Shown: positions 27,243 to 40,612 of the stretch, one piece after another
Layout of the letters: every line of letters starts with the position of its first letter
Numbering within the stretch: the stretch's first letter is position 1
Source: the human T2T-CHM13v2.0 reference genome, Homo sapiens
Assembly (NCBI RefSeq): GCF_009914755.1
Contig: NC_060931.1
Strand: one strand, 5' to 3'
Length of the DNA stretch: 64,000 bases
The notes under the pieces: generated by a model
The model's input: only the letters and a program-made list of their open reading frames with translations
What the model was told of the DNA's origin: nothing
Database searches by the model: none
Program-made: the position numbers and the translations under genes

Positions 27243-28907
27243 CTAGTTCACATTAGTTATTTTTCCTGATCCTCTCCCTCCCATTATCCACCATCTGATA
27301 GGCCCCAGTGTGTGTTGTTTCCCTCTATGTGTCCATGCATTCTCATAATTTAGCTCTTGCTTATAAGTGAGGGCATGCAGTATTTGGTTTTCTGTTCCTG
27401 GGTTAGTTTGCTAAAGATTATGGCCTCCAGCTCCATCCATGTCACTGCAAAGGACATGATCTTGTTCTTTTTTATGGCTACGTAGTATTCCATGGTGTAT
27501 ATATACCACATTTTCTTTATCCAGTCTGTCATTGATGGGCATTTGGATTGATTCCATGTCTCCTATTGTGAATAGCACTGCAATGAACATATGCATGCAT
27601 GTGTCTTTATAGTAGAATGATTTATATTCCTTTGGGTATATAACCAGCAATGGGATTGTGGGGTTGAACAGTATTTCTGTCTTTAGGTCTTTGAGGAGTC
27701 ACCACACTGTCTCCCACAATGGTTGAACTAATTTATACTCTCAACACCAGTGTAAAAGAATTCCTTTTTCTCCACAACCTTGTCAGCATCTGTTATTTTT
27801 TGACTTTTTAATAATAATCACTCTGACTGGTGTGAGATGCTATCTCACTGTGGTTTTGATTGAGCTTTTTTCATGTGATTGTTGGCTGCATGTATATCTT
27901 CTTTTGAGAAGTATGTATTCATGTCCTTTGCCTACTTTTTAATGTGGTTGTTTTTTTTCTCTTATAAAATTGTTTAAGTTTTTTATAAATGCTAGATATT
28001 GGGTTTTTGTCAGACACATGGTTTGCAAAAATTTTATCCTGTTCTGTAAATTGTCTGTTTACTCTTGATAGGTTTTTTTTTGTGGGGGCGGGGGAGGTGC
28101 TGTGCAGAAACTCTTTAGTTTAATTAGATCCCATTTGTCAGTTTTTGCTTTTGTTGCAATTACTTTTGGCATCTTCGTCATGAAATTTTTGTCCATGCCT
28201 ATGTCCTAAATGGTATTGCCTAGGTTTTCTTCTATGGTTTTTATAGTTTTGGGTTTTGCATTGAAGTCTTTAATCCATCTTGAGTTGATTTTTGTATATG
28301 ATGTAAGGAAGGGGTCCAGTTTCAATTTTCTGCATACGGCTAGCCAGTTATCCCAGCACCATTTATTAAATAGGGAATCTTTTCCTCATTGCTTTTTGTC
28401 AGGTTTGTCAAAGATCAGATAGTTGTAGGTGTGTGGTATTATTTCTGGGTTCTCCATTCTGTTCCATTGGTCAATGTGTCTGTTTTTGTACCAGTACCAT
28501 GCTTTTTCAGTTATTAGTATAAAGTCAGGTAGTGTGATGCCTCCAGCTTCATTCTTTTTGCCTGGGATTGCCTTGGCTATTTGGGCTCTTTTTTGATTCC
28601 ATATACATTTTAAAATAGTTTTTTTCCAATTCTGTGAAGAATGCCAATGGTAGTTTAATGGGAATAGCATTGAATCTATAAATTACTTTGGACAGTATGG
28701 CCATGTTCATGATGTTGATTCTTCCTATCCATGAGCATAGAATGTTTTTCCATTTGTTTATGTCATCCTTGATTTCTTCAAGCAGTGGTTTGTAGTTCTC
28801 TTTGTAGATGTCGTTCACTTCCCTTGTTAGCTATATTCCCAGGTATTTTTTTCTTTTGGGGGCAATTGTGAATGGGAGTTAATTCATGATTTGGCTGTCA
28901 GCTTGTT
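27243..28907 (-). mobile_element. Older primate L1 (L1PA/PB), 3' ORF2 plus 3'UTR
   Basis: ORFs [29 protein letters not shown] and [14 protein letters not shown] are L1 ORF2. Confidence 0.9.
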
Positions 28908-30816
28908 GAATTGTTTAAAGTTTAGACCATGCCAATGTATTTTTAATGTGGACTTAAATAAAACTTACACTAAAAAAGAGACTATATCTTCTAAAAATGC
29001 CTAAAATTCTAAAATGTTATTGAGAAGAGACTTAGGGGCTCAAAAATCTGGCTGAGATTTTACTCCCCCATCCTCACATACATGAAATATTTTGAAACAT
29101 AGACATTTCACAGGATGAAAACAATGTTCACTCTAACTTGGTACCTTAATTAGCAGTATTATAGGGCTATGCTGCTATAAAAATAAAGAGATTAAATGGA
29201 AACGACTGGATCCATATGATATAAGATGCACAATAATCCTTTTTTTTGTAATGAGACTATAACCATTGTTAACAAAAAACAGCTGTCAGTTCTATTCATT
29301 TGAAAGTCACATATGGATTGTTCATTGTGGCAGGCAGTATGTGGGAGCAGTGGACATAGAGGTCAGAGGATCTCTTATAACCTGAGTCAAATATTTTCCC
29401 CACATTAGTGTATCTAATCAGTAAACACATAAACTCTTGCTGTAAAGCTTGCCTAAGAAGCTAGCAACACTGTTTGCCTCAGAACTCACTACATTTTTGA
29501 ACATGATAACTTTTAATATTTGATATAACATCTCAAAAATAATTCTAAGGACATTTTTGTGGAAGAATCTATTTTTGGAAATATGAACTCTTTTGTGTTG
29601 GATAACTCAAGACTATTGTAAATCAGCAACTGTACTGTTAAAAGGATATCATTGCCAGTGGACCTGGCCATTCCACATCTTGGAATATATTCTAAGAAAA
29701 TGACTAGAAAATAAGGCAAATATTTATATACACTGGTGTACATCACAGATTTATTTAAATATTAGCAAAAGTTTAGATTAACACATTTGTGTTCAATCAT
29801 AGAGGATGCCTTGGACTTCTAGGGTGAGATGATCTCCTAATGCTAAATATGATAAATAAGTTTCTTGCCCTCTTGCTTGCTGGCCAGTATCCTATCTTGA
29901 TTCTGCTGATTCTTTGCTGTTCTTTACTGCATTTATTTTGTCATTTTCTTTTGATGCATTAGAAAATACAAACTTGGGATCAGTTTATATACTTATTAAG
30001 ACAATAAATTTGACTTACCCATCAACCTTGCCTGTGCCTCTCTTCTCATCTGGCAGTACTGGGTATTAGCAATCTTCAGAGTCTACCAGTTGGATACTAG
30101 TGGTGGGGGAACATCTTCATGTTTATTAGCCATTTGATTTCCTTTTGGGACAATAGTATAAAATGCATGGCCTATCCTTTCCTGTTTCCTGTTTTTTCTT
30201 AATTACCTTCATTAATACTTAAAATATGAAGACTACAAATACACATTCATATGCATTTATTGCGTATGACATACTTTGTAGTTGATTTAACTTTGGTTCA
30301 ACAAATTTTTTCAGTGATTTCTTATAGCAATCAGCTCCACCCCCAATAATATATTTATCCTTCAGTGAACTACCACATATTTGAATAGGTCCTCTTCATA
30401 TGATTATTTCTCTTCTAGACATAGTTATTATTAATAAGTGATTACAGTCTTTTACAATCTAGACTGTTTTACTCACAGAGTTGCTTATGGCACATTTTTA
30501 TCTTATTTACACCTATTTGACTGAAAAATAATTGTGCACCTTTTATTTAATCCCTATAGTTAAGAAAGATTTCCTTTATATAACATTTCATTTCTTGTCT
30601 TTTTTCTCTTTTTGGCCGTGTTTTTGATTCATAAGCAATGATAAGGTAATAGGAATATCGAAGGATTTTATTCTGGATAAGATTAAGATTTAAGGTGCTT
30701 TTAGAATATTTTATTTGGCATTTGCTTCATTTGTTAAAAAACCCTGCCTTTTCTTTATCACAAAATCTATAATTCTATGAAGTATTTGTTCTATTGGGTA
30801 TTTCCCTGTGTAACTA

Positions 30817-30835
30817 TTTGCCATCTAGTGGACAA
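30817..30835 (-). promoter_or_regulatory. CTCF core motif
   Basis: Minus strand reads TTGTCCACTAGATGGCAAA, matching CCASYAGRKGGCR. Confidence 0.55.
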
Positions 30836-31737
30836 TCTAAATGCTGCTCAGTTTTACAAAATAAAGTTTCCAATTTGATCTTTTCACAATATCTTGTAGG
30901 GAGAAAACTTTTTTTCCAAGTTTTCAAGTTTTAAGCTATTTTAGTACACAGGGATTTATAAATCAGTTCTGATTTATATATAAAAGAATTGTTATCTTGA
31001 ATGAACTTGTATCCTCTCCCATATCTACTACATTTCTTAGCACCTAGTAGGCACGTATTAAAATTAAATATTTGTTGAATGGAATATTTGTTGAATGAAT
31101 GAATAAAATGTTTAGTGAACTATACGTGTCTTTCAGTGGTTGAAGCATTTACAATTTTTATACTTCATTATTTTTATTTAGTAGAGTTAGCAAAAAGAGT
31201 GGCTAGAAGTCAGAGGACTTGTTCACATATTACCAAAGAATGTCTATGTTACATGACCAATTTATGCATCTAGACTACATGTGAATGTGTGTTGACTGAT
31301 TTGCTACTTTTGCATTTTTTCATATTCAGGGTTTTCATAATTCACGGACATAGTGAGTGAAGCTATGCTGCTTTTACTAGGAACTATTTCCTTTGGGATT
31401 TTGCTGGTGTATTCAACTAGAGGGAACTTCAAGTGGAATCTAGGACACCTGATTGCCTTGAACAATTAAGGCAATTGAAGGTGCTGGAGAGTAAGGTTAA
31501 TCAATGCATGCTTTAGAAGTCTGTATTCACAAAGGGAAGTCAAGTGTTCCATTCAACAAATACTGAGTTTCTGTTACATGTCAGGCATGTATTATGCATG
31601 GCAGTACTAAGATAAACAATATCTTATGGTCTATAAGATTTTTTTAGCTAACTGGAGAGATAACACATTGAAAATCTCTTACCTTACCTTCTTCTTTGAG
31701 AAATTATGCTTTAGCTTTTATGGTTCCCCATGCCCTG

Positions 31738-32260
31738 TGTGATAGGCAGAATTGTAAAATGACCACCTGTGACCTATGCCATTATGTATTCTTCTTTGGA
31801 GTGTGTTTGGAAATTGTGAATATGATGAAGTGTCACTCCTGTAATTATGTTACTTAAATGGCAAAAGGGAGATAAACCTGTTTTGGCCTGATCTAATCAC
31901 ATGGGCCCTTTAAATCTAGGTCCAGAGTTCAGACACAAAAGTCAGAGATCCAAGTATAAGAAAGATCTGAGGTGAGGGAAACTCTCTTGCTGGCTTTGAG
32001 TATGAAGGGGGCCATGTGGCGAGATCTGAGAGTAGTTTCTAGGAACTGAGAGCATCCCATGAGCAATAGCTAGCAAGAAAATGGGGACCTCAAACCTGCA
32101 GATACAAATTATTGAATTTTTTTCTGCACCTGTATGAGCTTGGAAGAGAACTCTGAGCAATAGCTGAGAAAGCAGCTTGTGGACACCTTGATTTGAGACC
32201 CTGAGCAGACAGCCCACCACCCTGTGCCAGGACTCTGACATATAAAACTTTGAGTTTATC
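31738..32260 (+). mobile_element. MLT1-type MaLR LTR
   Basis: tgtgataggcagaattgtaaaatg...ctgatctaatcacatgggccctttaaatc. Confidence 0.65.
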
Positions 32261-32279
32261 AATGTTTTATAGCTTTTAG

Positions 32280-33225
32280 TAAGCCTTTCACCTCCCTAGC
32301 TAAGTTTGTTCTTTTTGGTGTTATAAAAGGAATTGTTTTCCTAATTTATTTTTCAGGTAGCTGGTTGTTGGTAAACAGAAGTGTAGTTGCTTTTCGTATA
32401 TTGATTTCACATCCTGCACCTTCACTGAATTTATTAATTCAAAGTTTCTTTGCAGTCTTTAGAGTTTTCTATTTAGAAGATTATGTCATCTGCAAACAAA
32501 TAATTTTACTTTCTCCTTTCTGATTTGGATGACTTTTCTTTCTTTCTTATTGTATAATTCCTCTGTCAAGGACTTCAGTACTTGATTGAATAGAAGTGCT
32601 GAAAATGGGAATCCTTTCCTTGATCCTGATCTTACAGGAATAGCTTTCAGTTTTTCACCAGTGGGAATGATGTAAGCTATAGGCTTTTCAAATATGGCCT
32701 TTATTATATTTAGGTAATTTCCTTATATTTCTAGTTTGTTGAGAGTTTTCATCATGAAATGGTGTTGAATTTTGTCAAAAGCCTTTTTCTGTATCTATTA
32801 TGAGGGTCATGGGAGTTTTACTCTTAGTTCTGTTAATGGGCATGGTTATACTGACTGATTTTTGGATATGGAACCACCCTTGCATCCTAGAAATAAATCC
32901 CACTTGATATGATATATGATCTTTTAATGTGCTGCTGAATTAAATTTACTAGTATTTTGTGGAGAATTTTTGCCTCTATGTTAATCAGACATGTTGACCT
33001 GTAGTTTTCTTTTCTTGTGTTGTTTGTCTTTGATATCAGGGAATGCTGGCTTAATGAGTTTGCAAGTGCTCCTTTGTCTTCACTTTGGGGAAGAATTTGA
33101 GAAAGGCTGACACTAACTCTTGTTTAAATGTTTAGTAGAATTCACTAGTGAAGCCATCTGGCTCTGGGCTTTTCTTTGTTGAGACGCTTTTTGATTACTG
33201 ATCCAATCTCCACATTAAAATAGGT
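32280..33225 (-). mobile_element. L1M ORF2 fragment
   Basis: Antisense L1 RT region (ttatgtcatctgcaaac, gaattcactagtgaagccatctgg). Confidence 0.8.
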
Positions 33226-33980
33226 CTGCCTTTATCCTTGAAATAACCTGCTCAATTGTCAACAAGAAGTGTATCTGGAGACAGTTTGCATTCCTTTTTG
33301 TTTGTTTAATGTTGATTATGTCCCTGATAATTCAGGCATAAATAAAAAATAAGGTAAAAATTATATGTATAAAAATCTATGTAGTCGATGTAACTAAAAT
33401 ATTTGAGGAATTAATGCTGGATTTTGAGAAGAATGTATACATAATGGAGATTCTGGAGAAAATCCAACTGAGCCATCCACATCAAGTGTAATTTTTCTTC
33501 TTATTAGAAGCACATGAGATTAATAGACTACAGTGATTATCTATTATTTACAAGTATGATACTGTAAGAATTCTTTCCTGCTTTCTGGAGATTGACCATT
33601 CAGAGACAATAAGGAAGGGGAACATGTGTTTTATGAATCATCCTTGTGTATTTTCATGTTTCTTAAAAGTTAGTAAGAAGCTTCTCCTTTCTATTTAAGT
33701 AAGATAAATTTAAGATGTGATAGAATGTCACGATGGATTTCTGATTTCTGCTTCAGGTTTAGATATCTGTACCCTACCCTTCTTTTAGTCACATACGCAC
33801 ACACTTGGTAGAAGGATCATCCAACTTTATTCAAAAGACTTGGCTGTACACTGAAAGCCTTCATAGTCAAGTGAACCACACCTACTCTGGGACTCAAAAC
33901 TATTGGGATTGTTGAAGAATCCAAATGCCAGCAGAAGCCCTGAAGCCTTATGGGAAATGTTGGTCTTCTGATGCCCTGAA

Positions 33981-34331
33981 TATAATATTTCTATTATTAT
34001 AATTTTTATAAATATTTATAAATATATAAAAATTATATATTTATACATATATAATATTATATATGTATAAATATATAATATTATATATGTATAAATATAT
34101 AAAATTATATATTTATAAATATATAAAATATATGTATAAATATATAAATAATATATTTATAAATATATATTTATAATTTATAATTTATATATAATTTATA
34201 AACTATATATAAATTACATATATATTTTAATATATGTATAAATTATAAATTTATAAATTATAAATATAAATATATAAATATGTAATTTATAAATACATAA
34301 TTATAAGTATTATAATATTTCTATTATTATA
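33981..34331. repeat. AT-rich low-complexity block flanked by 21-bp direct repeats
   Basis: tataatatttctattattata at 33981-34001 and 34311-34331. Confidence 0.9.
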
Positions 34332-35945
34332 GTTAAAGAATCAAAGTATTATCTTAAGGAAGACAAAGTATAAGAATAGGAACTTGGAAGGTGGGAGTTA
34401 AGCGGGCCACTGGAATTTTATCAGTTAATTGCTCCCATATATAATGGGATATCAAGAATTCCTGAGAAAAAAACAACAGTTTGGGTAATACACCAGAAAA
34501 GGAAAATAGTAACACTTTCCTTTGGCCTCTCTCTTAATAGTGATTCTATCTATACATTAAAGAGCCTGAATTGTTATGGTAATAGAAGGCATAGAATTAT
34601 AAGGAAATTGCAGCTGGTATATAGTATAGATACACATTCACTTTTCAAATTTTGTGAACGTTTCCTCCTTTGAGTCAGGCGTAGAAGCTCCCTAAGTGCT
34701 GATAGATAGAATAAGATAAAAAAATACGTTGTGATATTCAGTTAACTGAATCTTTCTCAGTCTTGTTTACATTGTTCCCAAATCTCAGACGCTGCAAGTG
34801 AAAGAGCCTTTTAATAGTAATACTGTCAATGATTACATATAAAAACATACCAAACCTCACAGAATTGACCAATCTATATTAAATACCTGTGAGAAGACCC
34901 AGACTTGAAAATTTGAGTTTTTGTCTACATGTAATATGTCTAACTGTAGTAGAATGCAGTATGTTTCAGAAATATCTTGCCATGTCCTTGATGTGAAGTT
35001 TGGTATGATCACTTGCTGTGACCAGGATCTTGGAGTGTAGATGACACAGAGCAGAGCTTCAGTCAACCTGCGGTGGACATCTAGCATGGACATAAATAAA
35101 TCTTTGTTGTTTTAAGCCACTGAAGTTTCTTTAGCCATAGCAAAATACAATCTATCTTGACTTATACACTATCCTGAGCTTTGTATGTGTGATATCAAAA
35201 GTATGGATCAGAAGAATAAATGTATTTGTTCTTCCTTAATTTTAGAGGTATAGTCAGTGAGAAAATAAAGCTTAATTCCACCAAAGGAATCCGTTTCTAT
35301 CACTTTAAAGCAACTTGTTTGACATTTAAAGAAATATCTTAAAAAACAGGCAGGAAGCACAGTGATTCTTTATGTTGTCACACAGAGAAATATTAAAAAT
35401 AATGGCATATTTTCTTTACAGGAGTAAAACGAATTCATCACCTTTGTGAACATGATATTTATGTACATTTTATGTGGTAAATTATTTACTTCAAATGGAT
35501 TTGTGTATCAGAAATGACAGGAATGTCAAAACTATTTATGAATGGTTATAATTAAGAATACTTGACTTTTGTGAAAATTTAGAGATCAAAAATATTTTTT
35601 CAACTTGGTTTATATGTGTAGCAGAAGGCAGCCTAAAAAAAAAGAAAGTTAACTTAGAGAGTAACCAAGGAAGAAATTACAACAGAGTTCTTTTTAGAAA
35701 CTATGCAATCCAGAAGACAATAGAGGGCATCATCTTAATAATACAGCTTGAAAGAAAAAAAGTAAACCCTAGAATTATATACCCAGTGAAAATATCCCTA
35801 AAAAAGGAAGGTGAAAGTCTTTTTTTACACAGCAAAAAGCAGAAATAACTCCTTTCCAGCAGACATGAAATGTTAAAAGAAGTTCTTTAGACAGGAGTAT
35901 AACAAGAGATAGAAAGTTAGATATGAACAAAGAAAGGATTGTAGA

Positions 35946-36268
35946 GGCCAGGTGCGGTGGCTCATGTCTGTAATCCCAGCACTTTGGGAGGCGGAGGTGG
36001 GCGAATCACCTGAGGTCGGGAGTTCCAGACCAGCCTGACCAACATGGAGAAACTCCGTCTCTACTATAAATACAAAATTAGCCGGGCGATGTGGTCCATG
36101 CCTGTAATCCCAGCTACTTGGGAGGCTGAGGCAGGAGAATCACTTGAACCTGGAAGGTGGAAGGTGGAGGTTGCGGTGAGCCAAGATCGTGCCATTGCAC
36201 TCCGGCCTGGGCAACAAGAGTGAAACTCTGTCTCAAAAAAAAAAAAAAATTAAAACAAATAAATAAAT
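35946..36268 (+). mobile_element. AluSp/Sq-like
   Basis: cctgaccaacatggagaaa; perfect 15-bp TSD agaaaggattgtaga. Confidence 0.9.
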
Positions 36269-37875
36269 AGAAAGGATTGTAGAAATGGGAAATGTGAGAG
36301 TAAATAAGAAGTTTACCTTTTAAAAGTTTATAACATATGTAAATATAGAGATGTAACATGCATAAAAATAAAGGACAATGCAGGAAAGAAAATATGTGGA
36401 AGTATATTGTTTGAAGATTCTTATGCTACATGTGAAGAAACATATAAACTAAATAGACTTCTACATACTAAAGAAATGTAGATAAATATTTTTCACAAAG
36501 AGAACTCGAGATTCAGATGGCTTCACGTAGTCAACATGGTCATATAATTTCTAGACAGCATAATAAAGGCATGAAAAGAAAATAAAAGGCATAAAGATTG
36601 TGAAGAAAAAAATAAAATTGTTCTGATTTGTAGATGACATAATTGTCTACATATGAAATCTGAAGGAACCTAAACCAACAAACAAAAGCCAGCTACTAGA
36701 ATTAATAAGTGAGTTCGTCAAAGTCGCAAGATACAAACTAAACATACAAAATTAATTGTATTTCTGTATACTAGCAATGAACCTGTGGGCATAAAAATTA
36801 AAAATACTTTTTCATAAAGAAAACACTTCTATGAAATAGTTGTAAATGAAAACATGTACAGGACTTATATGCTGAAAACTACAAAATGCTGATGAGAGGA
36901 ACACAGCATCTCAATAAATGGAGAGACATAATGTGTTTGTAGATTGGAAGACTCAGCATGGTGAAGATGACAATTCTTTTCAAGTAGATATGTAGGTTTA
37001 ATGCAATCTCATCAATATCCCAGCAAGATATTTTGTAGATATAGACAAGATTATTCTAAAATTTATATGGAAAGGCAAAAGAACTAGAATAGCTAAAACA
37101 ATTTTGAAAAAAGAATAAAGTGGAAGGAATCATTCTACCTGATTCAAAGACATTATATGGCTCTAGTAAGCAAGTCTGTGTAGTAGTATTCGTGGAGGGA
37201 TAGATACATAAATTAATGAAACAGAAGAGAGAACCCAGAAATAGACCTATGCAAATATGCTTGAATTTTGACGAAGACAGAAAAGCAATTCAATAGAGGA
37301 CAGATTACAAACAGAGAGCTGGAGCTATCATACATCCATAGGCCAAAAAATGAACTTTGAGCTAAGTCTCACTTTGTATGCAAATAAACTAGAAATGGAT
37401 CATGGAATTAAATATAAAGCATAAAAATGTAAAACTTTTAGAAAAAAAAATCATAGAGAAAATCTTTAGGTTTGGGCTAAGCCAGAGGTCTTAGACCTGA
37501 CACCAGAGGCCTGGTCCATTAAAGGAAAATTCAGTGAATTAGACTGCATTAAATTTGGAAATTTTTGCTATGTGAAAGACGTCGTTATAGGGAATAAAAA
37601 TTCAAGCCACAATCTATTATAGGAGAAAATATTTGCAAATTACATATCTGATAAAAGACTAGTATGTAAATTATATTGAGGACACTCAAAACTTAAAGAA
37701 CAATCAATTAGTAAAAGGACAAAATCAATGAAAAGACACATCACCAAGGAGGATATATATATGGCAAATAAGCAGATGAAAAGATGTTCAACATCATTAG
37801 CCATTAGGGAAATGGAAATTAAAACTGTACACCAATGTTCATAGCAGCTTTATTTGTAATATCCACAATCTAGAA

Positions 37876-38023
37876 ACAACCTAAATGTCCTTAAAGGGGA
37901 GGAGCAGTATTGTATGATATGGATGTGCCACAGTTTAACTGTGATCCTTTCCTAAGTTTGTTTAACTGTGGTACATCCATATCATACAATACTACTACAC
38001 CCCTTTATGGACATCTAGGTTGT
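37876..38023. repeat. Inverted repeat, 64-bp arms, 20-bp spacer
   Basis: 37876-37939 vs reverse complement of 37960-38023: 57/64 identical. Confidence 0.9.
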
Positions 38024-40080
38024 CAGATGACCTAGATGGATGTGGTACATCCATATCATACAATACTACTTAGCAATAAAGCAGAACAAACTGTTGGTAC
38101 ATACCATGACCTGTGTAAATTTCCAGAGACTTACACTTAATGAAAAAAGCAAGACCCAAAGGTTCTTATATTGTATGATTCCATCTATAGAACATTCTTG
38201 AAATGACAAAATTATAGAAATGGAGAACAGATTAGTGGTTGCAAAGGGTTAAGGAAGTAGTGCAGGGCAGGAAGGATGTAGGGATGGCTACAAAAAGGCA
38301 ACATATGGGATCCTTGTGATTACAAAAATGTTCTATATCTTGACTATGTCAATGATGATATTTTAGTCATTTTGCATGGGTGAAACCAGGGTAAAGAGTA
38401 AATGGGATTTCTCTGTATTTTTTTATAACTGAATGCAAATTAACAATAATTTAATGTAAAAAATTTTAATTAAAAATTATATACATATGAAAAAAGTTAC
38501 TAGGCTAAAACCTGCTCCTCTGAAGATATGGGTACTTAAGGATAGTTTATTTCTTCCAACCTAAGATAAATTTAGGGACACTTTACTTTATATGCGTATG
38601 GCCTTGAAAATTAACTATTCTATATGGTTGGAGAGCCCAGACTTTTTATGGGTACAATATTCATATTTTTCCAGAGACATGTAAGTTAGCAAAAATAGAA
38701 CTCAAAAAAAGTTGTGTTTATTTTTCCAAACAATAGGTGGCATCTGAGTTTCACAAACTGATAATTCATGCTCATATCAGGAAATACAGTTGTATTTTTC
38801 AAATTAATTTAAAATTTAGTTTACATAGTACTCATCATGGTTTATATTTATAAGTATTGATTAATTAAAAGAATACACAATTTTTTCTAAAATTAACACT
38901 GGGAATTTTGCTAGTTTTGAGGGAAAATATGAAAATATGCCATAGATTTCATAACGTAATGTTACATCTTTTTGAATATGTTATAATTTATACATTGTAT
39001 AAGAATACACTTTTACTCTCGAATCTGTACTGGAAGTTTTAACTAAAATTTAGTGAATTCTAATGCATGTAAAATGTTAATTTTTCTAATTTTCTTTCAC
39101 ATTATTCAGCTGTGTAGAAAAATCTAATATAAGTATTCAGTATATGAATGATACATAACTTCATTTTCTAATAAAACTTACATTATTTGGAAATACCAAC
39201 CTTCTTGACTCTGTCAACTTTGACTACTGTTTTAAACCTCAGGCACCAAATGTTTTCTTGTTTCCCTCCCTTTCACAGTTTGGAGCTTATTCTTGGGGAC
39301 TATTCTAAGCCTGAGGAACCAACAACCCAAGGTGAGACTAATCATTTCCTATTGTTTTCGGGTATTGAATACCTCTATATCAGTTTTAAAAAAAGAAAAG
39401 TCTGGAGCCTTTTGTGTTATTTTTCCTAGCTGTAAGACTATAAACTCTCGTACATATTCAAAGCTGTTGAGTTTATTCTTTCCTAAGAACCGCTAGGTTA
39501 TACTGGCTCTGAATATCTTTGTATTTTGTTCTCATCCTTTTATGGGGCCTGCCAGCACACAACCCTATGGCGAAAGCCACCTGCCTGCTTTGCCGTAACT
39601 ACCTGGGTCTGGCTCTCAGGCTTCATCTCCCTAGCTCAATAGGATAAAAGCCCGAACTCTGCACAAATGAGTGGTGGAAACAATGCCAGGTTTTCTCTTT
39701 AAAAAATGGATTTGGATTCATCCCCTGCCATTTTTGAACTCTAAAGCTATGGTTAAGTTTTCAAACGTATCTGAGGCTCATTTTTATCGACGACATAATC
39801 TGTTGTGAGAATTAATTTAGGTTAAATATTACATTTGTAATCCATTCTGTAATGGGGCCTTATTTATTTTTTGTTGTTCATTAGAAAATAAAAATTTAAA
39901 AATGAAATCAATATATAAATTCAAGCTATTGTCAAAAGAGTAATAAATATAAATTTTGAGTAATACCTAGCTGGCATAGCTGGCAGTTGTATGTAAGCTA
40001 CAGGAAATTTTTAAAAACAGAAAAAAACATTTTTTTTTTACTTCAAAAGTTAGTGTTCAGAGTAGACAGAGTAGAAATGC

Positions 40081-40193
40081 CCTTCCTTCCTTCCTTCCTC
40101 CCTTTTCCTCCCCTCCCTCCCTCCCTCCTTCTCTCCCTCCCTTCCTCCCTTCCTTCCTTGTTTCCTTCCTTTCTCTTTCTTTCTCTTTCTTTT

Positions 40194-40257
<64 letters not shown>

Positions 40258-40262
40258 TTCTT

Positions 40263-40303
<41 letters not shown>

Positions 40304-40332
40304 CTCTCTCTCTCTCTCTGTTTCTTTCTTTC
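40081..40332. repeat. Polypyrimidine compound microsatellite (CCTT)n/(TTTC)n/(TC)n at an Alu tail
   Basis: Direct reading; abuts an antisense Alu. Confidence 0.95.
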
Positions 40333-40612
40333 TCAGAGTCTCACTCTGTTGCGTAGGTTGGAGTGCAGTGGCACAATCTTGGCTCACTGCAACCTCCACC
40401 TCACGGGTTCAAGCGATTCTCCTGCCTCAGCCTCCTGAATAGATGGGATTACAGGCATGTGCCACCACTCCTGGCTAATTTTTGTATTTTTAGTAGAGAC
40501 GGCGTTTCGCCATGTTTATCAGGCTGGTCTCAAACTCCTGACCTCAGGTGATCTGCCTGTCTTGGCCTCCCCAAAGTGCTGAGATTACAGACGTGAGCCA
40601 CCGTGCCTGGCC
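40333..40612 (-). mobile_element. Alu (AluSx-like)
   Basis: Antisense Alu consensus. Confidence 0.9.

Larger units (their letters stand above)
35630..38470 (+). mobile_element. Old L1M (L1MC/MD-like), fragmented, with Alu insertion
   Basis: Remnants of ORF1 end, ORF2 (gtagatgacataattgtctac) and 3'UTR (gtatgattccatctatagaacattcttgaaatgac). Confidence 0.75.

Noticed and set aside
29290-29660. Unique-looking sequence that might be a processed pseudogene fragment
   Set aside because: No recognisable protein in the frames I read, and no poly-A or TSD.
39987-40442. 151-aa and 118-aa ORFs rich in F/L/S or K/E/R
   Set aside because: Translation of the polypyrimidine microsatellite and Alu, not genes.
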